Origin: a virus
Length of the DNA: 64,000 nt
Virus record (IMG/VR): IMGVR_UViG_3300025508_002497
Coordinates: 33,164 to 97,163 of that record
Direction: 5' to 3' (one strand)
Shown here: positions 57,998-64,000 of the stretch, one piece after another
Layout: each line of letters starts with the position of its first letter
Position numbering within the stretch: the stretch's first letter is position 1
Notes under the pieces: model-generated
Databases searched by the model: none
Told to the model about the DNA's origin: nothing
The model's input: the letters and a program-made list of their open reading frames with translations, nothing else
Made by a program: the position numbers and the translations under genes

Positions 57998-58029
57998 AGA
58001 AAAGGGGAGTGACCGAAGCCACTCCCCTG
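57998..58029 (-). terminator. Rho-independent terminator after gp32 (C-UUCG-G tetraloop)
   Basis: AGGGGAGTGGC-TTCG-GTCACTCCCCT-TTT between convergent genes. Confidence 0.88.
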
Positions 58030-58048
58030 ATCATCCCTCTCCTGTTTT

Positions 58049-58927
58049 TCACTCGTCATCTGCTGCGAGTTTGTTGAAGAAGGACAAGGCGTCCTCTTCA
58101 GTCTCAGCAGTGGGAGCGGCTGCGGGAGCAGTAGTGACCTCAGGCTCACTAGTCTCTGCGGTTTCAGTAACAGCATCATCCTGAGTAGAACGAATGTCGT
58201 TACCGAGAACGTCGTTGAGACGCGCCTTGAGTTCCTCGTAAGACTTGAACTGATCGGGAGCAATAATCTCAGTAAGAGAGTATTCAGACTTCCACAGATC
58301 CTCAAGACGAGTATCATCACCATCAAACAGAGCAGACTGTGCCTCGAACTCACTCTTGTCGTAGTTGATGTAACCAGCAACCTTACGAACCTTGAGTTTG
58401 AAGTTGGCACCCTTCCAGAAGTCGAAGGGATCGACTGGAGTTTCGTCTGCAAATTCAGGCTTCATAGATTCCTGAATCTTGTCAAAGATCTTCTTACCAT
58501 ACTTGTAGAGGAAGACCTTACCCTCATTCTGTGGGTTGCTGGGATCGCTCACCACAAGAATGTTACTGATGTAGGAGAGACGACGCTTACGCTGTCGAGC
58601 AATATCCTTATCAGATTCAAGTCCGCTGTTCCAAAGATCGTTGTTTACCTCACAGAGTGGACACTTGCCACCGATAGTGGTGGGACAGTTCTCAATGAAC
58701 CAACCACCCTTACCCTGAAATCCGTGAGTGTAAAGACGAGCGAACGGGAGTTCCTCATCGCCAGGAGCGGGGAGGAATCGAATAACGGCATAACCATTAC
58801 TCGACTTGTCTAGTTCAGGACGCCAGTAGCGGTCATCCTTGTAAGACTTCTTGTCATTCATCTTTTCCATCTTGTCCGAGAGAGCAGATACATCTCCGCT
58901 TCTCTTCTTCATGTCTGAAAAGCCCAT
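58049..58927 (-). CDS. gp32: Single-stranded DNA-binding protein
   Basis: DDRYWRPELDKSSNGYAVIRFLP, WFIENCPTTIG..CPLCE, YGKKIFDKI, GANFKLKVR; acidic tail ALSFFNKLAADDE. Confidence 0.97.
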   Translation of the reverse strand: MGFSDMKKRSGDVSALSDKMEKMNDKKSYKDDRYWRPELDKSSNGYAVIRFLPAPGDEELPFARLYTHGFQGKGGWFIENCPTTIGGKCPLCEVNNDLWNSGLESDKDIARQRKRRLSYISNILVVSDPSNPQNEGKVFLYKYGKKIFDKIQESMKPEFADETPVDPFDFWKGANFKLKVRKVAGYINYDKSEFEAQSALFDGDDTRLEDLWKSEYSLTEIIAPDQFKSYEELKARLNDVLGNDIRSTQDDAVTETAETSEPEVTTAPAAAPTAETEEDALSFFNKLAADDE

Positions 58928-58942
58928 ATGCTTTTCCTTTCT

Positions 58943-58988
58943 CTAGGGATCTACCCTAGCCTGAGTTACGCAAGGAACTACCTTGCAC
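58943..58988 (-). promoter_or_regulatory. Twin stem-loops in the gp32 5' leader
   Basis: GCAAGG-TAGTT-CCTTGC and CTAGGG-TAGAT-CCCTAG between the promoter and the SD. Confidence 0.6.
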
Positions 58989-59001
58989 GAATGTTAGATT
59001 T

Positions 59002-59029
59002 ATTATACCACCCAAAAGTCATTTGTCAA
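59002..59029 (-). promoter_or_regulatory. Sigma70-like promoter for gp32 with extended -10
   Basis: TTGACA, 16-nt spacer ending TGG, TATAAT. Confidence 0.7.
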
Positions 59030-59269
59030 CTAAGGTTGTATTTTATTTTTCTTTCTTTTCTTACCATTTTGCCTATAATCTTTACTCTGTTGATCTTTCA
59101 TTCTCCAGCCTTCTACTACCTCTATAGCCTTACTGCGAGTAAGATCTCTTTTCTTCATGACTTTTTCTACATCACTATAAAATTTATCATCCTTGATTAT
59201 CTTGAATGACTTTTTATAGCCTTGTCGTCTATTCTTATTTTTCCATCCAGAGAATGTGTGCTGGTTCAT
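59030..59269 (-). CDS. Small highly basic hypothetical protein
   Basis: 79 aa, K/R-rich, fills the gp33-gp32 gap. Confidence 0.55.
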   Translation of the reverse strand: MNQHTFSGWKNKNRRQGYKKSFKIIKDDKFYSDVEKVMKKRDLTRSKAIEVVEGWRMKDQQSKDYRQNGKKRKKNKIQP

Positions 59270-59273
59270 GTCA

Positions 59274-59492
59274 TTAAATTGGGAGTTTTGCTGAGGTTAG
59301 TTGAGGCAAGATATTGAGATCTCTGCCTTCGATTTCCAACTTCTCGATAATAGGCTTTGTAAGAGTCTTTGCAACGAATACGGGATCAATATCGTATTCT
59401 TCGCAAATACTCAATACAGCCTCAACGTAGGTTCCACCATTTTCCTTCACATAAGTTTCAATCTCATGTGGGAAGTTTATATCTTCAATCAT
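59274..59492 (-). CDS. gp33: Late transcription co-activator
   Basis: F..EIETYVKE...TYVEAVL..CEE.DID...VAK.LTKPI.EKLE.E...LNILP....AKLPI. Confidence 0.9.
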   Translation of the reverse strand: MIEDINFPHEIETYVKENGGTYVEAVLSICEEYDIDPVFVAKTLTKPIIEKLEIEGRDLNILPQLTSAKLPI

Positions 59493-59561
59493 TACGAATC
59501 CTTTTGGGTGTTGGTTACTATTATATATATTAAAGATCAGAATATCATATCGGAGTAGATC

Positions 59562-61040
59562 ATGGCTGATAACATTATCGTCGCTAGCGGACCTTCAGGT
59601 GCCACATATAATATGGCTACAGATGACGGGTTCGGTGTTAGTGCAGACGCACAAGTTCAAATCATCAAACCCGTATTTGGTGACACCACCACTTCAACTC
59701 GCGTATCAAATAACAATCCTATGCCTGTTCAGTTGTTCTCTGGATACTCCGGAGGATCAACTGCATCTATTATAGAAGATGGTGAGTTGAAAGTCAAGGG
59801 AACATTCAACATCGGTAACTCGATGGCTGTTTACGGAAGCACCGCAGCATACCTCAAGGTAATCGTTGCTGGTGGCGTAACGGGAACTTCGGGTGCTACA
59901 GGTGTTATTGGTTCTGCTGGTAATCCAGCAGTATACTCTGCCGTAGAAGTTACTGGAGCGGTACAGGGTATCTCTGGTGGACAAGCACTCGCTGTGTCTG
60001 CCACTGATCTTGATATTCGCAACCTAACTGGCGGAACAATAGGCTACACAGGATCTACTCTATCTGATTATGTGGCTGTTCAAGGAATCTCTGGTGGAAT
60101 GGCAGTTTCCGTATCTGCCACTGATCTTGATATTCGTAACTTAACTGCCACTGATGTTGTCACTGTGGTTGGTACTACTGCCTCTAACGTGGGAGTCACT
60201 GGAACCGTTACTGCCATTGCAACTGATCTTGACATACGGGATCTCGCAGCAGGAACGGACTCTGTAGCGGTATATAACTCTGCTGGAGGTACGACCCTCC
60301 CAGTCGATCTCTACGCAGCAGGGACCGCTCTAGGAGTCTCTGGAGACGCTCTGAAGGTCGCGTTCGATAGTGTCACTGGAGTTACGTTCTCAGTCAATGT
60401 AGCAAGCGATATCGGGGTCTCTAACACCGCTGGAACCACCCTAGCAGTCGAGGGTAGAGCAGGAATGGTCCCTGTAACGGTCCAAGGAGAAGGTGCGGGA
60501 GACTCGGTTGTCGTCTCGGCCACCGATCTTGATATTCGTGATCTAACTGCCTCTGATCAAGTTACAGTGGTCGGTGATCTAGTGACTCACGGTGCCACTA
60601 CTGCCGCTCAGATTACACAAGCCAATCAAAAGATTGGCACTCTCAACAACACTGTATCTGGAGTTGGTGCTAAGGTAGACACCGCAAACACTTCACTAAC
60701 GACACTCTCTGATTCTGTAGTAACAGTAGGAAACGATAAACTAGTGAAGACTAGTATGGATCGAGTTACTCCTCCTAGTCAGATTTATGTTGCCACTGTT
60801 AAGGTTTCTGGTGCTGGTAAACCTCTTGCTTCAGCAACACTACAAAATGGTGTGACGATTAAATCTTCTTCTAGTAATATAGGAAGTATTTTTGTGGGTG
60901 CAACTTCTCTTGTGAATAGCACAAGTAATGGTTTCCCCCTTCTTCCTGGCGAAGAGTTATTCATAAGCATCTTAGATCCATCCAAGATCTTTGTTCGCAC
61001 AGATTCCAGATCATCTACAATCCATGTAATAGGTTCTTGA
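59562..61040 (+). CDS. Gly/Thr/Val-rich probable virion protein with four ATDLDIR[ND]L repeats
   Basis: Repeats near 60000, 60117, 60219 and 60519; C-terminal GVTIKS..SN...IFVG....NGFPL.PGEELFI domain. Confidence 0.7.
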   Translation: MADNIIVASGPSGATYNMATDDGFGVSADAQVQIIKPVFGDTTTSTRVSNNNPMPVQLFSGYSGGSTASIIEDGELKVKGTFNIGNSMAVYGSTAAYLKVIVAGGVTGTSGATGVIGSAGNPAVYSAVEVTGAVQGISGGQALAVSATDLDIRNLTGGTIGYTGSTLSDYVAVQGISGGMAVSVSATDLDIRNLTATDVVTVVGTTASNVGVTGTVTAIATDLDIRDLAAGTDSVAVYNSAGGTTLPVDLYAAGTALGVSGDALKVAFDSVTGVTFSVNVASDIGVSNTAGTTLAVEGRAGMVPVTVQGEGAGDSVVVSATDLDIRDLTASDQVTVVGDLVTHGATTAAQITQANQKIGTLNNTVSGVGAKVDTANTSLTTLSDSVVTVGNDKLVKTSMDRVTPPSQIYVATVKVSGAGKPLASATLQNGVTIKSSSSNIGSIFVGATSLVNSTSNGFPLLPGEELFISILDPSKIFVRTDSRSSTIHVIGS

Positions 61041-61041
61041 T

Positions 61042-62478
61042 ATGATAAGAAGACCAAAGAGAACTTCTACTGCAAATAAAAAAGCAGTAGAGACGAGTGA
61101 TAATCTGATTCGACAAAATAGTGCAACTGTATATGGACTATACTTTGCCTCATCGAATACTGACTTTCTTTTAGATGAAAAGAAGACTCGTTTCTCTTTG
61201 CGTCCTAGTGTAGTTGTAAAGCCTGATAGACAAACTGTAATGTTTGACTACTCGCAGGTCACTGGAGATGAAGCATCAATCTTTGATGGCTTCTTCCGAG
61301 GACTTAGTGCTGGTGCTACGCTAACACTAGATGGTGGTATTGAGTCCACCTGCAATTTTATCAATGAAGTTACTGGTGTTCCACTAACCAATTTCGCAGA
61401 CACCTACACGATCTCAACTGTTGATGTTTCAAAGAAAATCTTAGTGGCGACTAAAGGCACTACTATAACATCAACAACTGCTTCTGTGTTTGATGGTAGA
61501 TACTTCATCGATCTACCCCAGTGGACTAAAACTCAAACGAATGAAGACTCCACTTCAATCAGTAAAATCTTAAACCTACTTCCAAGTCAGTCTATCAGTC
61601 ACTTGGGTGTTGTACCTGGCTCTGTCTTAGAGTTTGCAAAGACCAGTAAGAATAATAGTCGATATACAGTAGAAAGCATCTATACTCAAAATGGTATTGA
61701 ATGTATTGATGTAACAGAACAAGTAGTTCAAGAAGATGCCTCTGAAGAGCAGGTTATTGTTTCTGTTTATGGAGAAGAGCCTCCTGTATCAGAATCTTCT
61801 TCTTATGAACCTGTTCTTTATGTAACAACAGGTGCCTTAGGAGGGGATTGTGAACCGCCCATCTACGGACCAATGCCGACTCCTATGACTGGAAAACCAT
61901 TTAAAGACTGGTTAAAGAGAGACATGGAGTGTTGTAAGTGTCTTGTCTATGCAGAGGCTGAGTGCAATGACGATCAATGTCAAATATGTAACGCATGGGT
62001 CATATGGAATCGAAGAAGAGATAGAGTTCCAGGCGGAGCAATCCCACCAGATGACGGCACCGGAAGAGATGAAGACAGTTATTGTGATATGGCAAGATTG
62101 CGTAATAGATTTTCTGGTGGATGGGGAGCAAAAAAATTCAATGAATGTTTCTGCAAGACCACAGATAATTCTTTAGAAAAAAGATGTATAAAATCAGCAG
62201 AAAAGATCTGTAATCAAATTGGTCACTCAAACTATCGTGGTATGGAAGATCCAACAGGAGGGGCGAACTACTTCTTTAGAGACGGAGCCGTTCCGGGGTG
62301 GATGGACTGTAATGTTCAAGCAGGTCACTGTACCAAGGTCACAAATAAAAAATGTGGTTCTTGTGGAAACGTTTTTTACAAATGCGATATAGTGCCTAAA
62401 CCATGTGATGAGTTAGGAAAGAAACCTGGCGGTGGTGAGGATGTTGAGCCAGACGATACTCCCGTCGTTCCCGCTTGA
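61042..62478 (+). CDS. Protein with a C-terminal SleB/Hydrolase_2-like cell wall hydrolase domain, Cys-rich
   Basis: VYAEA (catalytic Glu), VIWNR, RFSG.W, DPTGGANYFF, PGW. Confidence 0.7.
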   Translation: MIRRPKRTSTANKKAVETSDNLIRQNSATVYGLYFASSNTDFLLDEKKTRFSLRPSVVVKPDRQTVMFDYSQVTGDEASIFDGFFRGLSAGATLTLDGGIESTCNFINEVTGVPLTNFADTYTISTVDVSKKILVATKGTTITSTTASVFDGRYFIDLPQWTKTQTNEDSTSISKILNLLPSQSISHLGVVPGSVLEFAKTSKNNSRYTVESIYTQNGIECIDVTEQVVQEDASEEQVIVSVYGEEPPVSESSSYEPVLYVTTGALGGDCEPPIYGPMPTPMTGKPFKDWLKRDMECCKCLVYAEAECNDDQCQICNAWVIWNRRRDRVPGGAIPPDDGTGRDEDSYCDMARLRNRFSGGWGAKKFNECFCKTTDNSLEKRCIKSAEKICNQIGHSNYRGMEDPTGGANYFFRDGAVPGWMDCNVQAGHCTKVTNKKCGSCGNVFYKCDIVPKPCDELGKKPGGGEDVEPDDTPVVPA

Positions 62479-63036
62479 TCACTCTTCTTCGTTTGCGGCC
62501 TCAATAGTTTTATTGATACCTCGATCAACAGCGGCTTCTTCTACTGACCTTGGTCTAAACTTGAGTGGTCCCTCTTCAAACTTTTTAGTTTGTTCTGAGT
62601 TAGCCAACTTCATGTTTTCTTGAATCTCATTAACCTTATCTAACCAGTTCTGGAATCCTTCACCGTAGTTCATAAGGATCTCGTCACCTTCCTTGATATC
62701 ATCAAGGGCAGTTAGAGCAGTAACGGACTCGGTGTAGTCGTGAACTAGAACGGCGTTGGGTTCTAGAGAGTGGTTGGTAAACTGACAATAACCAAACGGA
62801 ATAGCAAAGTTAATGCCTTCCTTCTGACACTTCTCACAGTTGCAGTTGATGCCGTAGGAATAGTGGTGAAGGGCGGGGTCACGGTTCTCGTTCTGCGACC
62901 TATGGGTGGTGCGGACGAAGATCGTCTCTTCAATAACCTCACCCTTTTCGATCGCTTCCTTTGCGAATAGACCGTAGCGGTGTAGATTAGATTGACGAAC
63001 AGCAACCTTAGTTGAAATCTTTAGTTCTTCTTTCAT
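62479..63036 (-). CDS. SET-domain lysine methyltransferase
   Basis: S.LH.YGLFAKEAIEKGEVIE, FTNHSLEPNA, ALDDIKEGDEILMNYG. Confidence 0.88.
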   Translation of the reverse strand: MKEELKISTKVAVRQSNLHRYGLFAKEAIEKGEVIEETIFVRTTHRSQNENRDPALHHYSYGINCNCEKCQKEGINFAIPFGYCQFTNHSLEPNAVLVHDYTESVTALTALDDIKEGDEILMNYGEGFQNWLDKVNEIQENMKLANSEQTKKFEEGPLKFRPRSVEEAAVDRGINKTIEAANEEE

Positions 63037-63060
63037 GATGAATATCCTTTAAAGTATATA

Positions 63061-63270
63061 TTACCGTGCCCGAGAATACTCTCGGTTGAGTCGTCGGACG
63101 TTCTCTTTGCCCTTGGCGATAAAGACTTCACCCGCAGTTTTATGCGAGTAGATCATTCGTGCTACAACGGGCGCCGCGTGCTTGTCTGCACAGTTCACGC
63201 AGTAGTCAGTTTCGCCGATCGCTTCGATGCGAGCAGCAGGAATTTCGTTATTACAGTCAAGACAGTTCAT
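63061..63270 (-). CDS. DksA/TraR-type C4 zinc finger protein
   Basis: CLDCNNEIPAARIEAIGETDYCVNC. Confidence 0.75.
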   Translation of the reverse strand: MNCLDCNNEIPAARIEAIGETDYCVNCADKHAAPVVARMIYSHKTAGEVFIAKGKENVRRLNREYSRAR

Positions 63271-63275
63271 ATATA

Positions 63276-63530
63276 TCACTTATCCTCTTCAAACCTTCCA
63301 CGGAGAATTCGATTATCCATACGTTCTCGATACTGCTTCGGGTTCTCCCAGAGGCGAACATTGCCCATGAGATCCACCTTGCACTTCCAGATTATACCAC
63401 ACATTGCAAAGAAAGCAAGCGACATTCCGTATTCAATCGGGATAAATCCTGCGACCATTGCAATACCAAGAAAGACATTGGTCACGGTCATAATCAAAAG
63501 CATAGTCATTGCGTACTGTTGTTCAATCAT
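63276..63530 (-). CDS. Small membrane protein (two hydrophobic segments)
   Basis: Hydrophobic N-terminal half, charged tail; overlaps the upstream ORF. Confidence 0.55.
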   Translation of the reverse strand: MIEQQYAMTMLLIMTVTNVFLGIAMVAGFIPIEYGMSLAFFAMCGIIWKCKVDLMGNVRLWENPKQYRERMDNRILRGRFEEDK

Positions 63531-63732
63531 TATCTTCCATTCTTGAAGTTTTAAGTGCGTTCCATTTCAGCAGTTCAGTGTTCAACGCACTGATTTTGCC
63601 TTCAATGATATTCGTGAGTCGATCACTCTGAAAATCAAATGCCTCGTAGATTCCCTTGACGAAAACCAAAGTGTGTCCGTCGTGAGTATTGTGAATCTGA
63701 TATGGTCCCTCGAAATCATGAACCTCTTTCAT
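63523..63732 (-). CDS. Hypothetical protein
   Basis: Overlaps both neighbours (ATGA junction with the pilin-like gene). Confidence 0.55.
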   Translation of the reverse strand: MKEVHDFEGPYQIHNTHDGHTLVFVKGIYEAFDFQSDRLTNIIEGKISALNTELLKWNALKTSRMEDND

Positions 63733-63989
63733 GGACCCACCTTCCTCACCTTGTTATCCTTACGAGACAGCATCCAAAGAACACCTTCGCTATCTTCCCA
63801 AGTCCAAAAGACTGGTTGAGTAGGATCTTCGATGCGAACCAACCACAGTTCAGTTGTTGCCTGTTGAATCTCTTGTTGGTCGTCCAGTTCCTTCTTGGTA
63901 TCATCCCATCGAAAGAACAGAGTCAGTGAAATCATAATTGAAATCAACGCAATGCAAACCAGAAGTTCTAGTGTACTAAATGCTCTCAT
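63729..63989 (-). CDS. Prepilin-type N-terminal cleavage/methylation domain protein (type IV pilin-like)
   Basis: MRA|FSTLELLVCIALISIMISL: class III signal with Phe+1, Glu+5 and a hydrophobic helix. Confidence 0.7.
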   Translation of the reverse strand: MRAFSTLELLVCIALISIMISLTLFFRWDDTKKELDDQQEIQQATTELWLVRIEDPTQPVFWTWEDSEGVLWMLSRKDNKVRKVGP

Positions 63990-64000
63990 GAGAACACCGC

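Noticed and set aside
57934-58452. 172-aa alternative-frame ORF overlapping gp32
   Set aside because: Explained by the strong codon bias of gp32, and it runs through the terminator
59990-60550. Repeated ~23-nt DNA units as a possible CRISPR array or DGR template
   Set aside because: In-frame coding repeats with synonymous variation and irregular spacing; no cas or RT genes in the window
1-64000. tRNA or rRNA genes, integrase, inteins in gp17/uvsW/gp46, stop-codon reassignment
   Set aside because: Intergenic gaps are short and show no cloverleaf; core proteins have normal lengths and intact standard-code ORFs

Overview
This window is a 64-kb segment of a large T4-like (Tevenvirinae/Kyanoviridae-like) myovirus genome, read mostly on the minus strand. 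From left to right it holds: (1) a closely packed modification cluster of a glycosyltransferase, a PLP-dependent fold-II enzyme and an SPPY-type methyltransferase; (2) gp46/gp47/gp55, an HNH nuclease, uvsW and uvsY; (3) the head, tail and neck module (gp3, 23, 22, 21, two gp67-like genes, 20, 19, 18, 17, 16, 15, 14, 13); (4) about 15 kb of very large Cys-rich, collagen-like and LRR-containing fibre genes; (5) baseplate genes (tail-collar protein, gp8, 7, 6, 25, an enlarged hub protein, 53, 48); (6) an inverted gp4-gp54-gp26-gp51-tape-measure block; (7) gp32 and gp33; (8) a repeat-rich virion protein and a Cys-rich SleB-type cell wall hydrolase; and (9) small accessory genes (SET domain, DksA/TraR zinc finger, prepilin-like). 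The most notable signals are a possible DNA-hypermodification or virion-glycosylation system, a candidate programmed -1 frameshift fusing gp26 to gp51 upstream of the tape measure, pervasive G-x-T motifs in virion proteins, a variant late promoter (ATACATA), and several RNA or DNA regulatory structures. The host is inferred, weakly, to be a planctomycete or other PVC bacterium. All calls come from motif recognition and gene order by eye; no database searches were run.
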